DNA from: Oscillospiraceae bacterium
Lineage (GTDB): Bacteria; Bacillota; Clostridia; Oscillospirales; Oscillospiraceae
Reading direction: 5' to 3'
NCBI GenBank assembly: GCA_017455015.1
Contig: JAFTBW010000073.1
Coordinates: forward strand, 1 to 61,717
Length of the DNA: 61,717 nucleotides
Each line of letters begins with the position of its first letter. Within the stretch, counting starts at the first letter, position 1. A program made the position numbers and the translations under genes. The notes under the pieces are model-generated. The model worked only from the letters and a program-made list of their open reading frames with translations. It did not search any database and was not told the origin of the DNA. Below are positions 45,699 to 54,042 of the stretch, piece after piece.

Positions 45699-48469
45699 AG
45701 ATCGCGCAGATCAAACTGAACGGCATCCGCGAACCCCTGGGCTTTGCCATGGATACGCTCTGCGTCTCCTGGAAGGTCGTCGATACCCCGAGCCAAAGGG
45801 CGGCAAGCAGCCGCATTTGCATCCTTTCGGCGGACGGCGCAGTCCTGGCCGAACGCGCCGGCGCGGATTTAAACCACAGCGGGGAGCACTTCTCCCTGTC
45901 CCTGACGCCCCGGACGGCTTACCGCGTCCTGGTCCGCGTGGAGGGCGACGCCGGGGACAGCGCGGAGGCGGAGAGCATGTTCGAGACCGGCAAGCGGGAC
46001 GAGCCCTGGCAGGCCGATTGGATCACCGCGAAAACCGGCGACGGCTGCCACCCCCTGTTCCAAAAGCGCTTTTCGGTCCGGCCCGGGCTGGTCCGGGCGC
46101 GGCTCTACGCCTGCGGCGTGGGTCTGTTTGAGGCCTTTGTCAACGGCGAAAAGCTGGGCGAGGAATACCTGAAGCCCGGCGTCACTAACTATGAAAAGCG
46201 CCTCCAGGTCGTGACCTTCCCCGTGGAACGGCTGGCCGAGGGTGAAAACGAGCTGTCGTTCCTCCTGGGCAAGGGCTGGTACATGGGCGTCTTCGGCCTG
46301 GAGCACACGGAGAACACCTTCGGCAGCCGGATGGCCGTCATCGGCGAGCTGGTCCTCACCTATGCGGACGGCAGTGAGGAGCGCGTCTGCACGGACGGGG
46401 ATTTCGTCTACCGCCCCTCCGACATCGTTGAGTCCGGCATTTATTTCGGCGAGACCCTGGACCGCACGGCGCAGGGCGGCGAATGGCGGAGCGCGGAGGT
46501 GCTCGCGGCGCCGGAACGGGACCCCGGCACGAAAAACCTCGTGAAAACCCGTCTGCGCGACCGGCTGAGCCTGCCCGTTGTGGTCAAGGAGACGCTCCCG
46601 GTGCGGGAGATCCTCACCACCCCCGCGGGAGAGACCGTGCTGGATTTCGGCCAGAATTTTGCGGGCTTTCCGGAGTTTGACGCCGCGCTGCCCGCCGGTA
46701 CCAGGGTGGTGCTGGACTTCGGCGAGGTGCTGCAGCAGGGGAACTTCTACCGGGACAACTACCGGGAGGCCAACTCCCAGTTTGTCTACGTCTCCGACGG
46801 ACGCAAGGAGACGGTGCGGCCCCGCTTCACGTTCTTCGGCTTCCGCTATGTGAAAGTCACGGGCTGGACCGGCGAACTGACAAAGGATATGTTCCGGGGC
46901 TGCGTCCTCTACTCCGACATGGACCGGGCGGGGTATATCCGCACCGGCAACGCGAAGATCGACCGGCTGTACCAGAACACCGTCTGGGGCCTCAAGTCCA
47001 ATTTCATCGACATGCCCACGGACTGCCCCCAGCGCGACGAGCGCCTGGGCTGGACCGGCGACGCGCAGATCTTCGCCCCCACCGCCAGCTACCACATGGA
47101 CACCCGTGCATTTTACCACAAATTTGAACAGGACCTCATGGACGAGCAGAGCTTCCTGGATGGGGCGGTCCCCAACTACGTCCCCAACATCGGCCACAAA
47201 AAGGACGCCACCAGCGCCTGGGGCGACATTGGAACGTTCCTGCCCATGACCCTCTGGAAATACTACGGCGACCGGGAGGAGCTGGCCTTTGCCTACCCCA
47301 TGATGCGCGGCTGGGTGGACTACATGGACCGCCTGGATACGCAGCGGCGCTACACCTTCGACCCCGGCTTCCAGTTCGGCGACTGGCTGGGACTGGACGG
47401 TGTGAGCGAGACCAGCTTCAAGGGCGGCACGGACGACGGCTACCTGGGCGCGGTCTACTATTACCGCTCCGCCAAGCTTACCGCGGAGGCGGCCGGGATC
47501 CTGGGGCGGTCGGAGGAGGCGTCGCACTACGCCGATCTGGCGGAGAAGATCCGCACCGCCATCTTGAACGAGTATTTCACGCCCAACGGCCGCTTTGCCA
47601 TGGACACCCAGGCAAGCTATGTGGCGGCGCTGAAGTTCGGCCTCTGGGTGGACCGGGACAGGCTGATCGCGCAGTTTGTGGACCGGCTCAAAAAGGACGG
47701 CTACCGCATCCGCTGCGGCTTTGTGGGCGCGCCGATGCTGTGCACGGTGCTGGCCGAGTGCGGTCTGACGGGTCTGGCCTACGACTTTCTGCTCAAGGAG
47801 GGCTTCCCGAGCTGGCTCTACTGCGTCAACCTGGGGGCGACCACGGTCTGGGAGCGCTGGAACTCCATCGGGCCGGACGGTGTCATCTCCCCCACCGGCA
47901 TGAACTCCCTGAACCACTACTCCTACGGCTCCGTCATGGAGTTCGTGTACGGCTGGGCGGCGGGCATCCGTCCGCTGAGTCCCGGCTTCCGGCGGGCGGT
48001 CATCGCGCCCAATCCCGACTACCGGCTCCCGACGCTGGAGTGCTCCTTTGATTCGGCGGCGGGCAGATACGTCTCCAACACAAAAATCAACGCCGACGGG
48101 ACCCTCTCCGTCCACGTAGAGATCCCCTTCGGCTGCGTGGCGGAGCTGACCCTGCCCCGCTCCGGACGGGGAACCGAGACCCTGGGCGCCGGCGTGTACG
48201 ACTTCCAATATATGCCGGAGCGGGACTACCGCAAGCCCTTCGACGAGCACACCGCGATCTGTCTGCTGGGGCAGAACGGACAGGCCTTGGACATCCTCTT
48301 CTCCCTGGTCCCGGCCATCGGCGGCATGGCGAAGAGCCAGGACCCGGAATTCGGGTTTTCCGGTCTGGAGGCGTTCCGGCACATGGGCTTTCTGCCCATT
48401 GATCCGGCGAAGCTGGAGGAGGCCATTGAAAACATCAAAAACCTGACGGTGGATATTTCAAAAAGTTGA
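45695..48469 (+). CDS. Glycoside hydrolase family 78 alpha-L-rhamnosidase
   Basis: 924 aa. The ATG overlaps the GH2 stop (ATGA). The DCPQRDERLGWTGD motif is typical of GH78 catalytic domains. Confidence 0.8.
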   Translation: MKIAQIKLNGIREPLGFAMDTLCVSWKVVDTPSQRAASSRICILSADGAVLAERAGADLNHSGEHFSLSLTPRTAYRVLVRVEGDAGDSAEAESMFETGKRDEPWQADWITAKTGDGCHPLFQKRFSVRPGLVRARLYACGVGLFEAFVNGEKLGEEYLKPGVTNYEKRLQVVTFPVERLAEGENELSFLLGKGWYMGVFGLEHTENTFGSRMAVIGELVLTYADGSEERVCTDGDFVYRPSDIVESGIYFGETLDRTAQGGEWRSAEVLAAPERDPGTKNLVKTRLRDRLSLPVVVKETLPVREILTTPAGETVLDFGQNFAGFPEFDAALPAGTRVVLDFGEVLQQGNFYRDNYREANSQFVYVSDGRKETVRPRFTFFGFRYVKVTGWTGELTKDMFRGCVLYSDMDRAGYIRTGNAKIDRLYQNTVWGLKSNFIDMPTDCPQRDERLGWTGDAQIFAPTASYHMDTRAFYHKFEQDLMDEQSFLDGAVPNYVPNIGHKKDATSAWGDIGTFLPMTLWKYYGDREELAFAYPMMRGWVDYMDRLDTQRRYTFDPGFQFGDWLGLDGVSETSFKGGTDDGYLGAVYYYRSAKLTAEAAGILGRSEEASHYADLAEKIRTAILNEYFTPNGRFAMDTQASYVAALKFGLWVDRDRLIAQFVDRLKKDGYRIRCGFVGAPMLCTVLAECGLTGLAYDFLLKEGFPSWLYCVNLGATTVWERWNSIGPDGVISPTGMNSLNHYSYGSVMEFVYGWAAGIRPLSPGFRRAVIAPNPDYRLPTLECSFDSAAGRYVSNTKINADGTLSVHVEIPFGCVAELTLPRSGRGTETLGAGVYDFQYMPERDYRKPFDEHTAICLLGQNGQALDILFSLVPAIGGMAKSQDPEFGFSGLEAFRHMGFLPIDPAKLEEAIENIKNLTVDISKS

Positions 48470-48482
48470 AAGGAGCAGAACC

Positions 48483-49685
48483 ATGCATATTGCAGTCGTA
48501 TCCCTTGGCGCGTTCGGCCATGTCAACCCCACCCTGTCCTTTGTGACGGAGCTGGTCCGCCGGGGCGTCCGCGTGACCTATTTCACCACGGAGGACTTCC
48601 GCAGGATCATCGAGCCCACGGGCGCGAGGTTCGTCCCTGTGCCCTCCTGGATGGCCTCCAACGACCCCAAGGACCAGAAAAAAGAGGACGGGCAGAAAGA
48701 AGAGAGCGGCGACAGCGTGGCGGCCATCGTCCCCTTCCTCTTCCTCAACGAGGCGGGCGCTTACATCGACACGGTGCTTGAGGTCCTCCGGGAGGACAGG
48801 CCCGACGCCATCCTCCACGATTTCGCGGGCATCGCCGGCACCATGGCCGCCGACATCCTCAAGGTCCCCAACATCATGCTCTACACCAGCTACCCCTCCA
48901 ACGACAGCTATTCCGTGTCCGCCTCCTTCAGCGGCATCCCGGAGGACCACCCCATGCGTATCGCCGCCGATCAGGTCGCCGAGGGCTATGTTCAGAAGTA
49001 CGGCTGCCGCAAGATGACCGTCAAGGAGATCTTCGACGGCCAGGGCGACCTGAACCTGGTCATGGTGCAGAAGCGGCTGGTTCCCAATTATGAGAGCTTT
49101 GACGACAGCTTCGTCTTCACCGGCGTGCAGATCGGCAAGCGCAGCGCTTTCGGCTCCTGGACCGCGCCGGACAACGGCAAGCCCCTGCTCTACTCCTCCC
49201 TGGGAACGTCCTTCAACAACTGGCCCGAGTACTACCCCATCCTCTTTGACGCGGTGCGCGACCTGGATATCAACGTCTTCGCCGCGCTGGGCGGCATCGA
49301 CCCCGAGAGCCTGACGGACGTGCCCGCCAACGTGGAGCTGGGCAAGATGGTGCCGCAGCTCGACATCCTCTCCCAGGCCAGTGTGTTCATCACCCACGCC
49401 GGCATGGGCGGTACCGGCGAGGCGATTTACTACGGCGTGCCGATGATCGCCATCCCGCAGATGGACGAGCAGGCCATCACCGCGAGGCAGATCGAAAAGA
49501 ACGGCCTGGGCTTTGCTTTCCCGGACAAGAACGCCATCACCGGCGAAAAGCTGAAAGCGGCCATCGTGAAGCTGCTGGAGGACCCCGCGTACCGCAACAC
49601 CGTCAGGGAATTCAGCGAAGACATGAAGTCCCTGGGCGGCGCGCAGGCCTCCGCCGACGCGATCATCCGTTTCCTGGAGAAATAA
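48483..49685 (+). CDS. GT1-family (macrolide/UDP-glycosyltransferase-type) glycosyltransferase
   Basis: 400 aa. N-terminal GAFGHVNPTL and C-terminal nucleotide-sugar motif HAGMGGTGEAIYYGVPMIAIPQMDEQ. Confidence 0.8.
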   Translation: MHIAVVSLGAFGHVNPTLSFVTELVRRGVRVTYFTTEDFRRIIEPTGARFVPVPSWMASNDPKDQKKEDGQKEESGDSVAAIVPFLFLNEAGAYIDTVLEVLREDRPDAILHDFAGIAGTMAADILKVPNIMLYTSYPSNDSYSVSASFSGIPEDHPMRIAADQVAEGYVQKYGCRKMTVKEIFDGQGDLNLVMVQKRLVPNYESFDDSFVFTGVQIGKRSAFGSWTAPDNGKPLLYSSLGTSFNNWPEYYPILFDAVRDLDINVFAALGGIDPESLTDVPANVELGKMVPQLDILSQASVFITHAGMGGTGEAIYYGVPMIAIPQMDEQAITARQIEKNGLGFAFPDKNAITGEKLKAAIVKLLEDPAYRNTVREFSEDMKSLGGAQASADAIIRFLEK

Positions 49686-49711
49686 CAGCAAAGAAACAGC
49701 GGCAAAGGCGC

Positions 49712-49762
49712 AAAAAAGCCCGCATTTTCTCCGTCGGGGAAAATGCGGGCTTTGATATTTTT
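49712..49762. terminator. Bidirectional intrinsic terminator
   Basis: AAAAAAGCCCGCATTTTC-tccgtcgg-GGAAAATGCGGGCTTTGATATTTTT lies between the convergent GT1 gene and proS. Confidence 0.8.
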
Positions 49763-51198
49763 CAGTACGCCACGCCCCAGTAGATCATCTGCTTGGCGGG
49801 CTTTCCGCAGCAGGCGCAGGTGTCGCCCAGCTTCTCCTGTGCAAAGGGGATGCAGCGGCTGGTCATGCCGGCCTGCTCCTTCATCGCCATCTCGCAGGCC
49901 AGGTCGCCGCACCACATGGTCTTGATAAAGCCGCCCTCCTTCTCCTGGATGGCCCGGGCCTCCTCCAGCGTGGCGGCGGCGTAGGTGTGGCTGTCCAGAT
50001 TCTCCTTGGCGCGGCGGTACAGCCCGAGCTGCACCTCCGCCAGCAGCTCCGGCACCCGGCGCAGCAGCTCCGGCAGGGCGACGGTGATCTTTTCAAAGCT
50101 GTCCCGGCGGACGCAGACGCAGCGGTCGGCCTCCATGTCCTTGGGACCCAGCTCCAGCCGCAGGGGCACGCCCTTCATCTCCCACTGGGCGCACTTCCAG
50201 CCCAGGGAGTTGTCGCTGTCGTCCATTTTGGCGCGGATGCCGGCGTCCTTCAGAATCCGGCAGACCTCCGCGGCCTTGTCCAGCACGCCGGGCTTGTGCT
50301 GGGCCACGGGCACCACGATGACCTGGATGGGGGCGACCTCGGGGGGCAGCACCAGGCCGTTGTTGTCGCCGTGGGTCATGATGATGCCGCCGATGATGCG
50401 GGTGGAGACGCCCCAGCTTGTCTGGTGGGGATAGGCCTGCTGGTTGTTCTTGTCCGCGAAGCAGATGTTGAACGCCCGGGCGAAGCTGTCGCCTAAGTAG
50501 TGGCTGGTGCCGCTCTGCAGGGCCTTGCGGTCGTGCATCATGCACTCGATGGTGTAGGTGCGCTCCGCCCCTGCGAACTTCTCCTTGTCGGTCTTGACGC
50601 CCTTGACCACGGGCATGGCAAGAAGCTGCTCGGCGCAGTCGGCGTAGACCTCCAGCATCTGCTCCGTCTCGGCGATGGCCTCCTCCGGCGTGGCGTGGAG
50701 GGTGTGGCCCTCCTGCCACAAAAATTCCCGGCCCCGCAGGAACGGACGGGTGGTCTTCTCCCAGCGCAGCACGGAGCACCACTGGTTGTACTTCATGGGC
50801 AGGTCCCGCCAGGAGTGGACCACATGGCTCCAATGGTCGCAGAACAGCGTTTCGCTGGTGGGGCGGACGCACAGCCGCTCCGGCAAAGGCTCGCTGCCGC
50901 CCACGGTGACCCAGGCGCACTCCGGGGCAAAGCCCTCCACATGGTCCTTCTCCTTTTGCAGCAGGCTCTCGGGAATCAGCAGGGGCATGGAGACGTTCTC
51001 GTGACCCAGCTCCTTGAAGCGCCGGTCCAGATAAGCCTGGATGTTCTCCCAGATGGCGTAGCCGTAGGGCCGCAGGATGAACAGGCCCTTGACGCCGGAG
51101 TAGTCCACCAGCTCCGCCTTCAGGCAGACGTCCGTGAACCACTGGGCGAAATCCGCCTCCATATCGGTGATCTGCTCCACTTTCTTTTCCTTTGCCAT
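49762..51198 (-). CDS. proS: Proline--tRNA ligase (archaeal/eukaryote-like type)
   Basis: 478 aa class II aaRS lacking the bacterial insertion domain. C-terminal zinc-binding region ending ...YWGVAY. Confidence 0.9.
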   Translation of the reverse strand: MAKEKKVEQITDMEADFAQWFTDVCLKAELVDYSGVKGLFILRPYGYAIWENIQAYLDRRFKELGHENVSMPLLIPESLLQKEKDHVEGFAPECAWVTVGGSEPLPERLCVRPTSETLFCDHWSHVVHSWRDLPMKYNQWCSVLRWEKTTRPFLRGREFLWQEGHTLHATPEEAIAETEQMLEVYADCAEQLLAMPVVKGVKTDKEKFAGAERTYTIECMMHDRKALQSGTSHYLGDSFARAFNICFADKNNQQAYPHQTSWGVSTRIIGGIIMTHGDNNGLVLPPEVAPIQVIVVPVAQHKPGVLDKAAEVCRILKDAGIRAKMDDSDNSLGWKCAQWEMKGVPLRLELGPKDMEADRCVCVRRDSFEKITVALPELLRRVPELLAEVQLGLYRRAKENLDSHTYAAATLEEARAIQEKEGGFIKTMWCGDLACEMAMKEQAGMTSRCIPFAQEKLGDTCACCGKPAKQMIYWGVAY

Positions 51199-51220
51199 GA
51201 CAGTTTTCTCCTTATCTTGA

Positions 51221-51251
51221 CCGTCAGCGCCCCGAAACGGGACGCTGACGG
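51221..51251 (-). promoter_or_regulatory. Stable 5'-UTR hairpin of proS
   Basis: On the minus strand: CCGTCAGCG-T-CCCG-ttt-CGGG-G-CGCTGACGG, 22 nt before the ATG and with no U-tract. Confidence 0.5.
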
Positions 51252-51272
51252 TGGAATAATTGTGTTTACGAC

Positions 51273-51301
51273 ATTATACCAGCGACATCGGCTATCGTCA
51301 A
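51273..51301 (-). promoter_or_regulatory. Candidate promoter of proS
   Basis: On the minus strand: TTGACG, 17-nt spacer, TATAAT. Confidence 0.55.
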
Positions 51302-51323
51302 GAACCTGATTGCGGGGAGATTG

Positions 51324-51390
51324 CCCCTCATCCGCCATCCGCCTCGCGGGGGATCGGCGGATGCCACCTTCCCCCAGAGGGGAAGGCTTT
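51324..51390 (-). repeat. Family-4 repeat, copy 4b
   Basis: The reverse complement reads AAAGCCTTCCCC-tct-GGGGGAAGG, TGGCATCCGCC-(12-nt loop)-GGCGGATGGC, GGATGAGGGG. It abuts family-1 copy E. Confidence 0.7.
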
Positions 51391-51554
51391 AAGGAAACGC
51401 TGATTAAATCAACGCGTGCGATTGGCGCGCAAATTTTGTGTCCGCCAAGGCGCAAAAACCGCAGGAATACTTTGTGTATTTCAAGGTTTTTGCAACGCAG
51501 GCGGGCGCAAAATTTGCCGTCAAGCGTGCGTGGAGATTTATTCAGCGTTTCCTT
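51389..51554 (+). repeat. Family-1 repeat, copy E (canonical)
   Basis: TTAAGGAAACGCTGA ... TCAGCGTTTCCTTAA are 15-nt perfect terminal inverted repeats, and the arms pair along their whole length. The right end supplies ATT TAA of the DUF2284 gene. Confidence 0.9.
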
Positions 51555-52089
51555 AAATGGTGTGATACAGCAGGCAGCAGGTGTAGGCGATCTTTTCGTC
51601 GCCGTAGTTGTAGGGCACGCCGTTGTCCTTGCAAACCTGGCTGACGAACAACCCGCAGGCCTCCATGGAGGGAAACAGCTTTTCCGGGAAGCGGCAGGGG
51701 GCGTCCGGGTAGGTGCAGGTCTTGCATCGGGTGCAGGTCCCGGCGGTCATGAACAGAAAGTCCTCCCCCGCCGCCAGCAGCCGGTCCGCCAGAGCGTCGG
51801 TCTGGCGCTTGTTCTCCTCCGCCGCCTCCAGCATGGCCTCGATGTCGTAGGAGTCCTCCCGGTCCCCGACGGTCTGGAGCAGCAGACCGCGGTCGTAAGC
51901 GGCAGCCTTCTTCTCCCAGTCGGAAATCTCCCCGCAGGCCGGGGGACATGACCAGTTTTTGTCGTAGCTCCGGCAGCGGTCCGCGGCGCACATGCTCCGC
52001 ACCTCCGGCAGGAATTTCAGCGTGGCCGGGTCCAGCGGGGCCACATTCGTAAAGCCGCTCTCCCTGGCGGCCTGGGCAAAGTCCGTCAT
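51553..52089 (-). CDS. DUF2284 metal-binding protein
   Basis: 178 aa starting MTDFAQAARE (GGAGGAGG RBS; ATGA overlap with the upstream gene). Cys-rich signature CRSYDKNWSCPPACG ... CTRCKTC. Confidence 0.8.
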   Translation of the reverse strand: MTDFAQAARESGFTNVAPLDPATLKFLPEVRSMCAADRCRSYDKNWSCPPACGEISDWEKKAAAYDRGLLLQTVGDREDSYDIEAMLEAAEENKRQTDALADRLLAAGEDFLFMTAGTCTRCKTCTYPDAPCRFPEKLFPSMEACGLFVSQVCKDNGVPYNYGDEKIAYTCCLLYHTI

Positions 52090-53582
52090 ACAAATACCTC
52101 CTCCCACTCGTCGAACAGCATCGCTTCGATGTAGTTGTCGTTGAACAGCGGCGAGGAGCTGAGCTCCTCATAGCCGCATTTTGCCGTCAGCTCCGCCAGC
52201 GCACGCCGTCCCTGCTCCGTCAGCGCCAGGGCCGCGCCCTTGCCGGCGCTGTTGCCCACGCTGCGCACACGATCCAGCAGCGCGGGGGGCAGCATCCCGA
52301 TGGCGCAGGCGCTTTGCAGCCGCAAAAAAGCCCCGAAACCGCCTGCCAGCAGCACCTGGGCGATGTCGCCGTACTCCTTTCCGCTGCGCTCCAGCAGGGT
52401 CTCGATGCCCGCCCGCACCGCGGCCTTGGCCAGTTGGAGCTGGCGCACGTCCTTTCCGGAGAGGTAAACCTCGCCGGAGAGGGTGTACTTTTCCGCGTCC
52501 ATCCGGCCCGTCTCGTCGATGATCTCATTGTAGAGCAGCGCCGCCACGGCGTCGATGAGGCCGCTGCCGCAGAGGCTTTTTGCCGCTCCGCCGCCCAGGA
52601 CCGTGCACTTCAAATCCGTCTCCACGGCGCTGATGGCCCCGTCCCGCGCCGGGGAGCCGCAGGCTATCTCCGCGCCCTCAAAGGCCGGTCCGGCGGCGGT
52701 GGCGCAGGAGAGAAAGCCGTCGCGGTTACCCAGGGCCATCTCCCCGTTGGTGCCCACGTCGATGAACAGGGTCAGACCGTCGGAGCTTGATGCGCCGCTG
52801 CTGAGAAGCCCGGCGGTGATGTCGCCCCCCACATAGCCAGCCACGGCGGGACAGAGGTAGAGGCGGCAGTCCGGGGCAAAGCAGTCAAAATAGCCTGAGG
52901 CAGCCTCCTCCCGGCCAAAGAGGCTCAGGGGCGCAAAGGGGGCCACGCCGATGCTCTCCGGGCTGAGGCCGGCAAAGAGATGCTCCATGACCGTGTTCCC
53001 GGCGATGCTGACGTAAGTGATTTTCGCGGTGTCCGGACTCAGCCGCCGCGCGAGCTCCCGAATCTGGCTCCGGATGGCGTCCCGCAGGGCGGCCAGCCCC
53101 TCCGGGGTGCGGGCGTGCTGGATGCGGCTGATCACGTCCCCGCCCCAGCTCCGCTGGGCGTTCATCTCCCCCGCCGCCCCCAGACAGCGGCCTGTGGCCA
53201 GGTCATAGAGATAGGCCGCGACGGTGGTGGTGCCGATGTCCACGGCAAGGCCCAGGCCCGTTCCCTCGCCGGGGATGTCAATGGCGTCGGCCAGCACCCG
53301 GTCCCCGGCGGACAGGGGGACCGTTACTTCCCCGTCTCCGGCCGGGCGGAGGCGGCAGGAAAGAGCCTTTTCCCCGCGGTACTCCCGTGTCTGCCCGCCG
53401 GCGTCGCAAAACAGGCCGGTGCAGACTACGGAGCACTGATTGCAGGTGCCGTTGCCCCCGCAGGGCGCCTGGACGGCGATACCGGCGTCCCGGAGGAATT
53501 CCAGCAGCGTCCTGGCCGGGGAGGCGCGCAGGGTATGGGTCTCCGTCCCCTGCGTGACGGTGATGCGATGGGTTTGTTCCAT
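52086..53582 (-). CDS. RACo/RamA-like corrinoid reductive activase (2Fe-2S ferredoxin + ASKHA ATPase, DUF4445)
   Basis: 498 aa starting MEQTHRITV. N-terminal CGGNGTCNQC and an ASKHA phosphate-binding motif LAVDIGTTTVAAYL. Confidence 0.8.
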   Translation of the reverse strand: MEQTHRITVTQGTETHTLRASPARTLLEFLRDAGIAVQAPCGGNGTCNQCSVVCTGLFCDAGGQTREYRGEKALSCRLRPAGDGEVTVPLSAGDRVLADAIDIPGEGTGLGLAVDIGTTTVAAYLYDLATGRCLGAAGEMNAQRSWGGDVISRIQHARTPEGLAALRDAIRSQIRELARRLSPDTAKITYVSIAGNTVMEHLFAGLSPESIGVAPFAPLSLFGREEAASGYFDCFAPDCRLYLCPAVAGYVGGDITAGLLSSGASSSDGLTLFIDVGTNGEMALGNRDGFLSCATAAGPAFEGAEIACGSPARDGAISAVETDLKCTVLGGGAAKSLCGSGLIDAVAALLYNEIIDETGRMDAEKYTLSGEVYLSGKDVRQLQLAKAAVRAGIETLLERSGKEYGDIAQVLLAGGFGAFLRLQSACAIGMLPPALLDRVRSVGNSAGKGAALALTEQGRRALAELTAKCGYEELSSSPLFNDNYIEAMLFDEWEEVFV

Positions 53583-53622
53583 GCTCTTCACCTTTGATCC
53601 TTTCAACTGTTCTCTCCCGATC

Positions 53623-53651
53623 AGTGTAATACAATCCGCCCCTTCTGTCAA
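53623..53651 (-). promoter_or_regulatory. Candidate internal promoter for the activase-DUF2284 pair
   Basis: On the minus strand: TTGACA, 17-nt spacer, TACACT, downstream of a terminator. Confidence 0.5.
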
Positions 53652-53664
53652 TGCGCATTGCGCG

Positions 53665-53705
53665 CAAAAAAAGCCGGACAGCGCGCAGGAGAAGCGCTGT
53701 CCGGC
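53665..53705 (-). terminator. Intrinsic terminator after the 98-aa gene
   Basis: On the minus strand: GCCGGACAGCGC-ttctcctgcg-CGCTGTCCGGC (imperfect stem) followed by TTTTTTTG. Confidence 0.75.
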
Positions 53706-53714
53706 CGGCTGGGT

Positions 53715-54011
53715 TCAGATCCGCTTTCCGGTCACGTCAAACTCGCCCATGGCGTTCTTGCTCTTGCCCGTCAGGGTGTCGCCGTCCACGGTGCCGCTGA
53801 GCTCGTTGGTCATCTCGCCCACGGCGGTCTTGATGGTCAGGCGGTAGCTGAACGCCCCGTTCTCAAACCTGCCGTCCTCGATGGGGGCCTCCGCGCCGTT
53901 GGCGGCGTCCTCCACGGTTCCGGTCAGGACCGCGCCCTCCACCTTGTAGGTGCAGTGGGAGGTCATATCCCCCATATAGGTGTGTACCACCAGATCCCAT
54001 TTGCCTTCCAT
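53715..54011 (-). CDS. Small soluble protein of unknown function (98 aa)
   Basis: AAAGGAG RBS 8 nt upstream, 31 nt after the methyltransferase stop. MEGKWDLVVHTYMGDMTSH... with internally repeated G-x-LTG strands. No cofactor motif recognised. Confidence 0.7.
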   Translation of the reverse strand: MEGKWDLVVHTYMGDMTSHCTYKVEGAVLTGTVEDAANGAEAPIEDGRFENGAFSYRLTIKTAVGEMTNELSGTVDGDTLTGKSKNAMGEFDVTGKRI

Positions 54012-54042
54012 GTCTGTCCGCTCCTTTCCAAAAATCGTTGCT

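Noticed and set aside
45869-48382. 837-aa minus-strand ORF opposite the GH78 gene; similar long antisense ORFs at 3853-5466, 27959-29503, 29646-31271, 43986-45632, 12937-14346, 15778-17175, 19177-21072 and 41728-43077
   Set aside because: All lie opposite genes with clear family motifs and show shadow-ORF composition. Stop codons are rare in GC-rich antisense frames, so ORF length alone is not evidence of coding.
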